A stretch of 64,000 nucleotides of DNA from Candidatus Babeliales bacterium (lineage in GTDB: Bacteria; Babelota; Babeliae; Babelales; JANWKD01). The stretch is taken from positions 1-64,000 of the forward strand of contig CAVXJH010000007.1 of NCBI GenBank assembly GCA_963762115.1. The letters are read 5' to 3'. Made by a program: the position numbers and the translations under genes. Of this stretch, positions 35,413-46,389 are shown piece after piece; position 1 is the stretch's first letter, and each line of letters begins with the position of its first letter. Below the pieces are notes generated by a model. That model did not search any database, was not told the DNA's origin, and saw nothing but the letters and a program-made list of their open reading frames with translations.

Positions 35413-35811
35413 ATGGAACATATAAATAACGAACATAAAAACGCCTGTAATAATTGCGTTGAATGTTGTGAGCGTTGTATTGATGCCTGCCAAAGACTCA
35501 TTGATATGTGCAGCGCAATGGATCAAGTTGCTTGCGCTAAGCAAATTGGCATATGCGTTAAAGAGTGCACAGCCTGCATTGCATCATGCCAAGAAACAAT
35601 CAAACATTCGCGCAAGCATTTAGAAGAATGTCGTGACGAACAATGCATAAAACGCGCTGATTGGTGCATTAAAAAATGCCAAGATTGCATCGATGCCTGC
35701 AAAAAATGCATAGAAAAATGCAAAGCTGGTGATTCAATATGTGTTGATCATTGTTTGGCTTGTATTGAAGCATGCAACAAATGTGCTGAGGCATGTGCTG
35801 CTTTTATGTAA
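35413..35811 (+). CDS. Cys-rich four-helix copper storage protein (Csp/DUF326-like)
   Basis: Repeated CxxCxxxC helices; no signal peptide. Confidence 0.8.
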   Translation: MEHINNEHKNACNNCVECCERCIDACQRLIDMCSAMDQVACAKQIGICVKECTACIASCQETIKHSRKHLEECRDEQCIKRADWCIKKCQDCIDACKKCIEKCKAGDSICVDHCLACIEACNKCAEACAAFM

Positions 35812-36105
35812 TTAATCCAAATATTCGGTTGTTTTGGTAACTTCAGTAACACGTTTTACTGGATGCTCAGGCATTTCCATTGGTTCTTCTTGATATTCAT
35901 AAGGACCGTCATCAACAATAACCGTTCTGCGTTCATAATCAAGTGGATCAACAACATCTTGGACAATATCACCTGTTGTCACCACAGCATCCCCAGCAAT
36001 GTCAACAGCACCTGAAACAGCGTCACGAGCAGCATCAAACAAACCTAATGAATATGATTGCATTGTTAATGTTAAACAAATGATAAAAAATAATTGCTTT
36101 GTCAT
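35812..36105 (-). CDS. small secreted hypothetical protein
   Basis: AGGAG RBS, signal peptide. Confidence 0.7.
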   Translation of the reverse strand: MTKQLFFIICLTLTMQSYSLGLFDAARDAVSGAVDIAGDAVVTTGDIVQDVVDPLDYERRTVIVDDGPYEYQEEPMEMPEHPVKRVTEVTKTTEYLD

Positions 36106-36186
36106 TCTTTTCTCCTAAAAAAATACACTTACTTTTTTTGAAACTATAATAAAATCATTCAAAACAAGTAAAGAATTTAAATTTTT

Positions 36187-37371
36187 TCATACTTTGCATG
36201 CATCTCTTAAAGGAACATATTTTATAAAAAGAGGATTCTTTACCGCCTGCATAAAATCATCAATATTTTCATCGCAAATAGCTTGTTCAAAAGCATCACG
36301 ATTTTTATTTCTTTCAACAATGCGCTTAATATACAATGGGTATTCTTCTTGTGGAATATCATTAAAACCATCAAGTTGCTGCCTAATTGATGCATCCATT
36401 GTGCTCAATCTTTCTAGAAGAACTTGTTCATCATACATTCTGCTTGTTCCCTTAACAGGGAAATTTGACACTCTTGAAAGCGGATCAGCAAAAAAATCTA
36501 AAATCGAACGACCCAAAATCATAAACTCTTTTTGTCGCGAAGATAATGTTGCAAGCAATAAAGCGTAATCTTTATGGTTAACATTTTGATACATTATTTT
36601 TGCACAGAGCTTTTGATACCCAGATGGCTCTAGAGAAATCTCCGTTAAAAATACAGAAAAAAAATCTTTCCCTGAATTTCCTGCAGGCAAAAAATATTTC
36701 CTTTGTAATTTTTTAAAATGTGGCACAATAATGTGTTGATTTACTGCAACATAGTGCAACCGCCTCTGAAAAATGGCATCTATTAATGAAAGCGCTCGAT
36801 TTGTTACTGGTTTTTCAGGCAATGGACTTATACTATTTTGTAAACATTCGCGCAAAGTAAATTCATAAGGACATGTCTGTTTAAAACATGTCTGCTCAAT
36901 ATGAGCAAAATTTCGAGCTTCAAGAGCATTTTGAAAAGCATCACGATTTTTTTTATAGCGCTTATCATGATTAAAACCTTGCAGTCTAACCCATTGGACT
37001 AAAAGCTCTTTTTCACATAATTCCGCTTTTTCTGGCAAGGTTTTGGGCAAAATAACATTATATTTTCTAATAAAATGATTTCCAGGATTTTTTTCTACAG
37101 GAACCTGTGAAATAATCTTATAAAGTTCAAACAAATTCGTCATGTCTTGATATGATACTAAATAAAAATCATCATCATCAAATTTTTTAAATCGACACTT
37201 TTGTTCTTCCGGCTTAAAGCAAAAACAATTTCCTGCCATCATTGCTTCAACAAATGAAATAAATAGAGGATATTGTTTTTTTTCAAGAAGCATTCGTGGC
37301 GAATCTTCCATACCAAAAAGCGATGTCATAAAAAAAATAAAAGTTGATAGAAGTGCAAGTAGCTTTATCAC
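36187..37371 (-). CDS. hypothetical secreted protein with internal KNRDAF repeat
   Basis: Signal ending LFG-MED; KNRDAFQ and KNRDAFE. Confidence 0.7.
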   Translation of the reverse strand: MIKLLALLSTFIFFMTSLFGMEDSPRMLLEKKQYPLFISFVEAMMAGNCFCFKPEEQKCRFKKFDDDDFYLVSYQDMTNLFELYKIISQVPVEKNPGNHFIRKYNVILPKTLPEKAELCEKELLVQWVRLQGFNHDKRYKKNRDAFQNALEARNFAHIEQTCFKQTCPYEFTLRECLQNSISPLPEKPVTNRALSLIDAIFQRRLHYVAVNQHIIVPHFKKLQRKYFLPAGNSGKDFFSVFLTEISLEPSGYQKLCAKIMYQNVNHKDYALLLATLSSRQKEFMILGRSILDFFADPLSRVSNFPVKGTSRMYDEQVLLERLSTMDASIRQQLDGFNDIPQEEYPLYIKRIVERNKNRDAFEQAICDENIDDFMQAVKNPLFIKYVPLRDACKV

Positions 37372-37596
37372 AAGATTCCTTTTTTAAAAATGAAAATTCT
37401 TTATAAACCATTTATAAATCTATTTTTTTTAAAAAAATTTACAAATTTTGCTTACCTATTCCATTGAAAAGCCCCATTAAAAAAATAACTTTCATCAGAA
37501 AAAAAAATTTATAAAAGTTGAATTATTTACTATAATTTTCCACTACATTAAAAAAAAATCATCAAATTCTTAAAAAAAAGAGTTACTATTTTGGCG

Positions 37597-38449
37597 ATGA
37601 AAAGACTTATATTTATTACTATTTTTTCACTATTTTCTTATATTACTTCTACCCAGGCAATGCTTAAAAAGAAAAAAGAACTTAATTCTAAATATACAAA
37701 GGCGGTTGCTTTAAAAAATAGTCCAAAATCTCTTGTTAATATTTGCATAACAAAGATAGAAAACGAAGAAAAAAATACACAATATAATTCATCAATACTC
37801 GATCTCTTATTACCAGACCATATGCAACACAGATTATTAAAATGTATATTGCCTCCCAAAACATCAAAGAAACAATTCGCGCAATTATGTCAATATATTC
37901 AACCACCATTATTACTACATGCAGGGTTACACATTGCTTTCATGCCAGAAAAAATCTTACAAAAAAAAGAAAAAGCTGAAATAGTAACCGTATTGGCATA
38001 TGACACTCGAATAACTAATGATCAAACTAAAAAAATTCTATCATTCTTGAAATGTAGAATTTTTAAGGTGATTTCCGATAATAATGACTGGTGGACCAAT
38101 GACACAAGTAACATGTCATTCTGGCTTGCCGAAGCTATGGCCTATTTAAAAAGATGATGAACCATTCAACTTAATGTTAGAAATTGTACCCAAAAAACCT
38201 TCTGATCCATTTATCGAAAAATTTCTTTCCATAGCAATAAAAAAAATTGAAAAAAAAGACAATCATGCAAATTATTTAATACGACTAAATAAAACATTAG
38301 AATCAGGATTTAAATCATGCCGATCTGATATTCTTTACTGTGCAAATGTGTTAGAAGCTGCTTCTAGGGATTATATAAGAAAAGAAAAACATAAATATAC
38401 AATCCCTTTTTTAACAAGAGCACTTAAAATATTGCATGAATTTAAATAA
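37597..38449 (+). pseudogene. hypothetical secreted protein split in two by a 1-nt frameshift
   Basis: Deleting one A from ttaaaaag (~38146-38153) fuses 37597..38157 to 38174..38449 via LKDDEPFNLMLEIV. Confidence 0.55.
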
Positions 38450-38501
38450 TCAATAAAATTAATGACATCCTATATAATCATCTACTCTTGATTGGATCAT
38501 C

Positions 38502-39686
38502 ATGATACATGAAACTCCGCAACAACAAACACCAAAAATAATTACTCCAGAAAAACAATCAACTTCACTCACCTGGATTGAAATTGATAAAAATGCTTTT
38601 GATCATAATGTTACACAGTATAAAAGGACCGTTAACCCAGCACTGCTTGCCATTGTTATAAAAAGCAATGCATATGGCCACGGCATGCATCAAATCGCGA
38701 CTCTCGCAGAACACAATAATAACGTTGATTATATTTGCACCGTAAGTTTATCAGAAGCAATTTCGTTACGTAATCATGGTATCAAAAAACCATTACTTGT
38801 ATTAAGCATTATTGATGATGCGTTAGAACAAGCATTTATTCATGCTATTGATGTTGTTGTATATTCTATGCATCAAGCATTAGCGCTGCAACAACTAGGA
38901 TTTCAATTCAAACAAAAAATTAATATTCATATAAAAATTGATACTGGACTTTCTCGCTTAGGCTTTCTACACGATGACGCCACACCATATATTAAAGAAA
39001 TAAAACAATTATCACACATCAACATCCAAGGAATTTTTACTCATTTTGCAGAATCAGAAAAAAAAGATTCAACATTTACTGATAGGCAAATTGAACGATT
39101 TAATCGTGTTATTGAAAAATTAGAAAAAGAAAATATTCACATTCCATTAAAGCACTCCTCATGTTCCGCTGCAATTACCGGAAATGCAAAAAGTCATTTC
39201 ACCATGACACGTGCAGGCATTGGCATCTACGGCCTATGGCCGTCAGACGACAATAAAGAAATGACGCAACATCATGATAGTTTGTTTTCATTAAAACCAG
39301 TGCTGACATGGAAAACAAAAATTATTCATCTTAAAGAAATTCCCGCCCAAAGCTGTGTAGGCTATGAACGAACCTACTGCGTTGATAAACCATCACGCAT
39401 TGCAACGTTACCCGTTGGTTATTGGGATGGTTATGACAGAGCACTTTCAAACAAAGGGTTGGTCATCATTAACAATCAATTCGCACCTATAGTTGGAAGA
39501 ATTGCTATGAATTTGATGATGGTTGATGTGACTAATTTAAATGTTGTTGTTGATGACGAAGTTATCTTACTCGGTAACAATGCAATGATCACTGCCGATG
39601 CTCTTGCAAAAAAATGCAATACTATTAATTATGAATTGGTGACGCGCATTAATCCGTTATTGCCAAGAGTGATAAAAAATCTTTAA
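38502..39686 (+). CDS. alr: alanine racemase
   Basis: VIKSNAYGHG, HIKIDTGLSRLG, PVGYWDG. Confidence 0.96.
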   Translation: MIHETPQQQTPKIITPEKQSTSLTWIEIDKNAFDHNVTQYKRTVNPALLAIVIKSNAYGHGMHQIATLAEHNNNVDYICTVSLSEAISLRNHGIKKPLLVLSIIDDALEQAFIHAIDVVVYSMHQALALQQLGFQFKQKINIHIKIDTGLSRLGFLHDDATPYIKEIKQLSHINIQGIFTHFAESEKKDSTFTDRQIERFNRVIEKLEKENIHIPLKHSSCSAAITGNAKSHFTMTRAGIGIYGLWPSDDNKEMTQHHDSLFSLKPVLTWKTKIIHLKEIPAQSCVGYERTYCVDKPSRIATLPVGYWDGYDRALSNKGLVIINNQFAPIVGRIAMNLMMVDVTNLNVVVDDEVILLGNNAMITADALAKKCNTINYELVTRINPLLPRVIKNL

Positions 39687-39715
39687 GACCATTTTGCTTT
39701 ATTCAGCCATATTAC

Positions 39716-40258
39716 TTAAACTCTTTTAACCCACTTATTAAACATACGAAGTATATTTCGTTCTTGTGTTGGCAAAGCTGATATATCTTTACTAACCCAA
39801 CGCAATTCCTTTGATTCCGCATTCTGCACAACGTCCTCATCACTCGTTACGCGTAATAAAAATCTTACATCATAATGATAATGTGCTTTTTCACGTTTAT
39901 TCTCAGGAATAAGATGAATATCGATATCAAAAACATCAGATGAAACTGGTTCTATGCCACATATTCCTGATTCTTCTTGTGCTTCTTTAAGAGCAACATT
40001 CATAACATCTGAATCACCATCACAGTGCCCACCAAGTTGATACCATGCATTGAGTTTTGCATGATGCATTAACAATGCTTTTGAACAATCTTTGTTCAAC
40101 AACCATGCTGAAGCAGTTATATGACCTTTTTGCAATGATCTTTCAAAACAATCTGAATGTTCCTCAATAAAGCTGATCATTTCATTTTTATAAACAATTT
40201 CTTCTTCTAAAACGGGAAAATAATTTTGTAATTTTTCAAGCAAATTTACTCTATGCAT
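39716..40258 (-). CDS. NUDIX hydrolase
   Basis: GHITASAW, GGHCDGD...ALKEAQEESG, HYDVRF. Confidence 0.92.
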   Translation of the reverse strand: MHRVNLLEKLQNYFPVLEEEIVYKNEMISFIEEHSDCFERSLQKGHITASAWLLNKDCSKALLMHHAKLNAWYQLGGHCDGDSDVMNVALKEAQEESGICGIEPVSSDVFDIDIHLIPENKREKAHYHYDVRFLLRVTSDEDVVQNAESKELRWVSKDISALPTQERNILRMFNKWVKRV

Positions 40259-40276
40259 ACAAAAACTCTCTAATTT

Positions 40277-41248
40277 TTACCTTGGATTATTATTTTTTAA
40301 TTCTTCTTCGGCTAATTTTGCCTTATATAAACGTTTTGCCCATAAAATTCTCTTATCAATGCTTGAATGAAAAACATCATCTTTTGCACATTTATGTGCT
40401 ATTTCAACAAATAATTTATCAAACGAACATGCTGTCATACAATGAGTACATGCCGCAGGAATCCTATCGGCTTCCGCTTCATTAGCTCTTACAAACTTTT
40501 GAAGAATTTTATTTTCTTTGACATTAAAATCTAATTGCCGAGAATCAAAAAATAACGCACTAATAACATCTTGTTGAAAACGATGAGCATTTTTGAAATG
40601 CTGTTCTTCATGAGATAATGTTCCATAACGTGTATCTAATGAGTAATTTTCAAACTCATCTTTTATATATAAATGATACTCTTTAATAACAACCTTATTT
40701 GGAATCTTAACCCCATTTTTTCTATAGGTACCCGTAAAAGGTTTTATGGCAGGTTCATAGGTGCAATCAGCTGCAGCAGGGCTATTAAACTCATTAAGAT
40801 CAAGATCATAACGCATAGAAATAGTATATCCACTAAAATATCTACAAATTTCTTCCTTAATTTCCATGGAAATTTTTGATTCAGGTGAAAAATGAAGAAT
40901 AAGGGGTATTGTAGGTGATTTAGAATTTACTCTAAAATTCTGACGAAGATTAATGAGATCATTATATTGTTTATCTGAAATATCACCTTCATGCTTCATC
41001 AATTTAAAAGTTTTTTTATGTTTTTTTTCAATCAAATATTGAGTACATTCACACAACGAAAGACCATTTTCTAAAAAAGATTTCTCTAAAGAAAAATAAT
41101 CGGCATATGGAGCATCAGGATTAATTTTCTTCAGTTGATTACAAAGAAAAAATGGTTTCTCTCTTTTTTCATGTTCATCTTGCACAGCATACACAACATC
41201 AAAAATAACAAGTACCGTTAAAACAAATATAATCTTAAATTTTTTCAT
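40277..41248 (-). CDS. secreted putative zinc metalloprotease (M48-like)
   Basis: LSHEEQH followed by RANEAEAD. Confidence 0.6.
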   Translation of the reverse strand: MKKFKIIFVLTVLVIFDVVYAVQDEHEKREKPFFLCNQLKKINPDAPYADYFSLEKSFLENGLSLCECTQYLIEKKHKKTFKLMKHEGDISDKQYNDLINLRQNFRVNSKSPTIPLILHFSPESKISMEIKEEICRYFSGYTISMRYDLDLNEFNSPAAADCTYEPAIKPFTGTYRKNGVKIPNKVVIKEYHLYIKDEFENYSLDTRYGTLSHEEQHFKNAHRFQQDVISALFFDSRQLDFNVKENKILQKFVRANEAEADRIPAACTHCMTACSFDKLFVEIAHKCAKDDVFHSSIDKRILWAKRLYKAKLAEEELKNNNPR

Positions 41249-41361
41249 ATATTCCCAAACATGCGCAATTAACAGATATTATAATTCTATATAGTTAATG
41301 GATATTTGTCAAAATTAACTCAATTAGAATTTTTATCAAAAAAACAAATCATTGTTATTTT

Positions 41362-42207
41362 TCAAAATCGATAACAAAGTTGTGCACAAGGCGCACCATA
41401 AGAATCAACACCACAGGAAAAAGCACATCGATCGGAAAGTTTTTTATCAACCACTTTGCTTGCCGCAACAGCAAAAATCAACCCAAGTCCTGCACCGGCA
41501 ACAAGTTGTGAAAGATAATGCCGATTACAATTCACAAAATCAGCAAAAACAAAACCGGCAAAAAGCCCAAGCGGCACTCCCCATGCAGGCCCATGACGCA
41601 TGCCAAATAATGACGCCATAAACATCACATTTGCCATATGCCCAGAAGGCAAACCGCCAGAAGATCGATGATGTCGATTAAAATTCTCATGCCAAGGTCG
41701 AAGGCATGATTTAAAGCGTAATTTTTTTATAATATCTTTTCCTGAATGCACAAACGGTAATCCTATTGCAAACATTCTCCCTGTTAAGCGCAAATCTTCG
41801 TCATTGGCAAAAATTGCAAGACTTGAAAGAACAACCATAGGGACGCCAATGCCATAATGAGCAATTGAATGGCAATGCTTAGGAAATTGATTAATATTTT
41901 TGTGACATGAACTATCATAAAAATGTACTTGCAATTTTTCATCATGCATACGAGAAAGAAGATAGAAAGGAACAAAACCGGTGATTACTTTTGCACTATC
42001 AACTGAAAAAAGATTTTTTAATAATAATCCGGCATCACAAAAAATTTCACCCAACCCCTCAAGCATACATGGCGCAGGTTGATTTATTATCTTTCTTCTT
42101 GAAAATGGCGTTTTATTACGTGATATAGGTGAACAATTAACTAAATATATTGGTTGTAAACAGTACCAACATAGTATGCTAAAAATAATTTTTTTTATCA
42201 TGTGCAT
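41362..42207 (-). CDS. PAP2 family phosphatase
   Basis: K...RP, PSGH, NRHYLS motifs; start uncertain. Confidence 0.85.
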   Translation of the reverse strand: MHMIKKIIFSILCWYCLQPIYLVNCSPISRNKTPFSRRKIINQPAPCMLEGLGEIFCDAGLLLKNLFSVDSAKVITGFVPFYLLSRMHDEKLQVHFYDSSCHKNINQFPKHCHSIAHYGIGVPMVVLSSLAIFANDEDLRLTGRMFAIGLPFVHSGKDIIKKLRFKSCLRPWHENFNRHHRSSGGLPSGHMANVMFMASLFGMRHGPAWGVPLGLFAGFVFADFVNCNRHYLSQLVAGAGLGLIFAVAASKVVDKKLSDRCAFSCGVDSYGAPCAQLCYRF

Positions 42208-42280
42208 ACCATTCACACCACTATACCCATTTTGACATTTACTGCATAAGTATAAAAAATATGATGCTAAAAAGGCAATA

Positions 42281-42305
42281 AAAAAAGGCTCGAAAAATCG
42301 AGCCT
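42281..42305 (-). terminator. intrinsic terminator
   Basis: aggctcga-aaaa-tcgagcct hairpin with T-tract on the minus strand. Confidence 0.75.
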
Positions 42306-42329
42306 CAAAATACAAAAAATGAACTATTT

Positions 42330-43148
42330 TTATCCAATAAACGTTAAAAATTCACGATTAAATTTTTCCAATTCATCATGCCATAAGCCATGACCACTTT
42401 CTTCAAAACGAACTAATTTTGAACCTTTAATGTTCTTATGCATATATTCACCAAGCTCAAAGGGACAAATTTTATCTTTTGTACCATGTAAAATTGCCGT
42501 TGGCACCGTAACTTTTGCAACATCTGCACGCAAGTCAGCATCACGCAAGGCAACCAAATACTCAGCAGTTGCATTAGGTGCAGCATCAGTACTCATTTGT
42601 TCAATCCAATCAGCAAACTGAGAACTTGGCTGTTTATTAAATAATATTTTGCCAAATGCCGCTGACATTGCAGGACGATCTGCATAACTATTTTTTATGA
42701 GTACATCAACTTCCTCTTTAGTGAATCCCCAAGGAAAATCTGGGCGCTTAGTAAAACAAGGAGCTGCGGCACTCAAAAAAATTGCTTTTGCAATACGATG
42801 TTGATTATGTTTTGCCAAGTAATGCAACACCATTGCGCCACCAATTGAAAAGCCTGCAATAGTCACCTCTTGAAGATCAAGCGCATCAATGACTTTTCTA
42901 ATATCATCAGCAAACATATCATAGGTGTAAGGGCCCCAAGGCGCATCAGATCTTCCTGATCCTCGCATATCAATTGCTACACAACGATATCCTTTAGCCG
43001 GAAATTGTACTAATTGATATTCAAACATTCTATGATCAAATGGCCAACCGTGAATAAATAAAATTGTTTTACCTACACCCCAATCACGAACATATAATTT
43101 TACCCCTGGTGCAGTTTCTATACAATGTGAAGACAATCCTTCTTTCAC
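42330..43148 (-). CDS. alpha/beta hydrolase (non-heme haloperoxidase/arylesterase-like)
   Basis: HGWP, GFSIGG, HGTKD, SGHG. Confidence 0.92.
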   Translation of the reverse strand: MKEGLSSHCIETAPGVKLYVRDWGVGKTILFIHGWPFDHRMFEYQLVQFPAKGYRCVAIDMRGSGRSDAPWGPYTYDMFADDIRKVIDALDLQEVTIAGFSIGGAMVLHYLAKHNQHRIAKAIFLSAAAPCFTKRPDFPWGFTKEEVDVLIKNSYADRPAMSAAFGKILFNKQPSSQFADWIEQMSTDAAPNATAEYLVALRDADLRADVAKVTVPTAILHGTKDKICPFELGEYMHKNIKGSKLVRFEESGHGLWHDELEKFNREFLTFIG

Positions 43149-43237
43149 AATTTCCCTTTCAATACCATATTTTTACACTCTACAATGCAAAGCATACGCA
43201 AGAGAGAAATAAGCTGTAAAGAGATATATTATTAACG

Positions 43238-44701
43238 TTATTCGGCAATATTGGTTGTAAAGTTAATTGGCGTCAATGGCGTTGGTGAAATTGCAACGTT
43301 AGAAACATTAACAAAATCACCTCCCTTATTATTGCTGGCAAAATTACTATAAATATGATTATTTACCCCAAGATTATTGATACCAATATTGTTATTAGTA
43401 AGTGTATTCTCACGGACCTGACAGTTAGAACTTGTCGTATTAACTGATAATGCCGCGGCTAACAAAATTCCGTTAGTAACATTGCCTTGTGCTATACAAT
43501 TGAGCAGAACATTATTATTACCATTAATTTGAAAACCATTGGTATTATTATTTGCTTTGCATTCTTCAAGCGTTATATCATTGCCTGCAATTTGAAAGCC
43601 ATTTGTCGTATTATCATGAGCAAAATTTTGTATAAAATTCACATTAGCACTTGTGCCATTACTTGGTGCAATAATAAAACCAGTCTGATTTTCATGAGCA
43701 GTACATTGTTGAAAAGCACTCTCAATAAGAAAATTATTTATAAAACCGGGCCCTGTGTTACTATTTGCCGTACAATTTAAAAACTGAAAGGCGATATTCC
43801 CTGTTGTTGAAAATCCTGTGACGTTATTATTGCTAATACACGAATCAATAATAACATTTGTGTTTTGATTAAGTATAAAACCAGTGGCTGAACAAAAATA
43901 TGCTTCATTTTTTAATAAAACAACATCGATTGCACTGGTTATCGACATACCATTTCTATTATTAAAAAAGGTAACATTTTGTACCCCGATATTTTGTGGC
44001 ACCCGGCCCGTTGAAGTATTATTAGCAATTGTTATGCCATTATTTGTCATATTACGAATAGTACCATTTTTGATAAGAATATTTGGAAAACCATTTACCA
44101 CAATACCGGTCGTATTTGTTGTTCCTATACCAATAATCTCATTACCATTAAGATCGATAACCACATCATTACTATTAACGGTAATTGCTCTAATTTGAAA
44201 ATCACTTACGGTGATATTTTGGCCATTAGTTTGTTGTTGCACAACGGCTTGTTGCTGCTGAACAGTAAGATTTTGTTGTTGCTGTATAAGATGGCCGTTT
44301 ACTATGGTAAACGGTGTTGTTTGTAATGATGGTTGCACAATTTGAAATGTGCTCTGTCCCGTCGTATTTATTGGATTAATCTGATTAAAGCTAACAGAAT
44401 TTTGTATTGACGAAGTAGCATTTTGACCATTTTGCAATGCATTTAATGTTGTCTGAGCAGCAATACAATAATAGCCAGGCGTTGAAATCACAAAAGGAAT
44501 ATTAAATTGTGTTATTTGCGTTTGAAATAAACAACCTCTTGTTTGCGGCAGTCCATCGCCTTCAACACTTTTTTGATATTCAATAATATTGTGTATAATT
44601 TTTTGTTCAAAATCATCACTATTGAGCTCATATTCAGCATATAAACCATAAGAAATAAAAAAAAGAATGTATGATAAGAAACAATAGAAAAATTTTAACA
44701 T
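43238..44701 (-). CDS. secreted right-handed beta-helix protein
   Basis: FVISTPGYYC, VVIDLNG, repeated CxAxxNxxGF. Confidence 0.8.
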   Translation of the reverse strand: MLKFFYCFLSYILFFISYGLYAEYELNSDDFEQKIIHNIIEYQKSVEGDGLPQTRGCLFQTQITQFNIPFVISTPGYYCIAAQTTLNALQNGQNATSSIQNSVSFNQINPINTTGQSTFQIVQPSLQTTPFTIVNGHLIQQQQNLTVQQQQAVVQQQTNGQNITVSDFQIRAITVNSNDVVIDLNGNEIIGIGTTNTTGIVVNGFPNILIKNGTIRNMTNNGITIANNTSTGRVPQNIGVQNVTFFNNRNGMSITSAIDVVLLKNEAYFCSATGFILNQNTNVIIDSCISNNNVTGFSTTGNIAFQFLNCTANSNTGPGFINNFLIESAFQQCTAHENQTGFIIAPSNGTSANVNFIQNFAHDNTTNGFQIAGNDITLEECKANNNTNGFQINGNNNVLLNCIAQGNVTNGILLAAALSVNTTSSNCQVRENTLTNNNIGINNLGVNNHIYSNFASNNKGGDFVNVSNVAISPTPLTPINFTTNIAE

Positions 44702-44761
44702 GATTAGGCCCTCAAAAAAAATAATTTTTTTCTTACTAAAGCTTAATCATGTCAAGACATA

Positions 44762-45655
44762 TTATACAATATTTTGTGCTTGTTCTCTTATTTTCTCAAG
44801 TTCAATCTTAATCGAAATCGCATGAGTACTGATTATGGCATCAGAACATTTTGCAGCAATAGTATTAATTTCGCGCATAAGTTCTTGCAAGGTAAAATCA
44901 ATACGTCGTCCTTTTTCAATTTCTTTTGAACTAATCATAGTCTTTAATGCCAGCAAATGACTTTTAAACCGAACAATTTCTTCATGAATATCCATGCGTT
45001 CTAATTCATAAAAAAGCTGGTTGCGCTTAAGTTCAACAACATCCGGCTGTTGTTGATCCAACTCAATCAATTTTGCTGCAATCATAGTTTTACGTTGCTC
45101 AAACAGATTTGTTGCTGCATGTTCAATAATCATAAGTTGATCAGCAAGAATAGCACCTCTCACTTCAATATCTTTTTCTAGAGAACGACCTTCAACTTCC
45201 TGAGCATCAATCAACTCACCAATTAATTGGTGAACAATAGTTATTATTTGTTGTTTTGTTGATTCCTCAATATTTACTTCTGCTTCAGAAAAAATATTAG
45301 GCAAACTAAGAAGTTCGGCAAGCGTGAGATTGCCCTCAACGTTAAAAGTTTCTTGTATATGCTTAATTGCAGTAAGATAACTCTGAATAATATGCGTTGC
45401 TGGTTCAACGGGACCTTTAAATATAGTGGGATTTTGCATCGCAATATTAAAAGTGATTTTCCCGCGATACAAAAGATCCTTAAATAACTTAATAAGCTCA
45501 ACTTCCATAGATTGCATAGCATAAGGAATTTTACACGTAGCTTCAAAATAACGTGAATTTAACGATTTCAGTGTTAACGAAAGATAGGCTTTATTACCAT
45601 CATGCAGAGGCAATTCAACAACTTTATTGGAAAAACCTGTCATACTTCGTATCAC
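44762..45655 (-). CDS. yicC: YicC/YloC endoribonuclease
   Basis: MIRSMTGF, KSLNSRY, QELMREINT, REQAQNI. Confidence 0.93.
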   Translation of the reverse strand: MIRSMTGFSNKVVELPLHDGNKAYLSLTLKSLNSRYFEATCKIPYAMQSMEVELIKLFKDLLYRGKITFNIAMQNPTIFKGPVEPATHIIQSYLTAIKHIQETFNVEGNLTLAELLSLPNIFSEAEVNIEESTKQQIITIVHQLIGELIDAQEVEGRSLEKDIEVRGAILADQLMIIEHAATNLFEQRKTMIAAKLIELDQQQPDVVELKRNQLFYELERMDIHEEIVRFKSHLLALKTMISSKEIEKGRRIDFTLQELMREINTIAAKCSDAIISTHAISIKIELEKIREQAQNIV

Positions 45656-45658
45656 GTA

Positions 45659-46381
45659 TTATCCTTCTGTTACCAAGTTAGTATACACATTCTTAACATC
45701 TTCATGATCTTCAAGACTACTCAAAAATTCATACGCTTTTTCTTCTTGTTCAGCTGAAAGTGCTACCGTATTTTGTGCAACCCATTCAATGTCAGCTTTT
45801 TCGACCTTTAACCCATTCTCCTGCAAAAGAGTTTTTACCTTTTCCAAAGATTTTGGATCACAAGTGATACTAAAAACCTCCTCATCAAAGGAAATATCTT
45901 TAATATCATAATCAAGCAACAGCTCAAGTAAAGCATCTTCTGAAGTTTTACCACTCACTTGAACAACACCCATACGAGCAAACATCCACCCAACTGAACC
46001 TGTTTCGGCAAGAGATCCGCCACTACTTAAAAATATTCTTCTTAATTCAGCAACAGTTCTATTTTTATTGTCGGTCAATGCATCAATAACAACAGCAGTG
46101 CCAAATGGCCCATAGCCTTCATACATGTGCTCTTCATATTGCATTCCTGGCATTTCACCAGTGCCACGCTTAATAGCACGCACGGTGTTATCCATCGGCA
46201 TATTAATTTCTTTTGCCTTATCAAGCAATAATCTCAAGCGAGAGTTGGCATTTGGATCACCACCGCCAAGGCGTGCCGCCACGGTGATTTCTTTAATTAA
46301 TTTAGTAAATTCTTTACCGCGCTTAGAATCTAATGACGCTTTTTTTCTTTTTATGGTTGCCCATTTGGAATGTCCTGACAT
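45659..46381 (-). CDS. yebC: YebC/PmpR family protein
   Basis: MSGHSKWATIKRKK, YEGYGP, TDNKNRT. Confidence 0.96.
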   Translation of the reverse strand: MSGHSKWATIKRKKASLDSKRGKEFTKLIKEITVAARLGGGDPNANSRLRLLLDKAKEINMPMDNTVRAIKRGTGEMPGMQYEEHMYEGYGPFGTAVVIDALTDNKNRTVAELRRIFLSSGGSLAETGSVGWMFARMGVVQVSGKTSEDALLELLLDYDIKDISFDEEVFSITCDPKSLEKVKTLLQENGLKVEKADIEWVAQNTVALSAEQEEKAYEFLSSLEDHEDVKNVYTNLVTEG

Positions 46382-46389
46382 ATTTGCTC

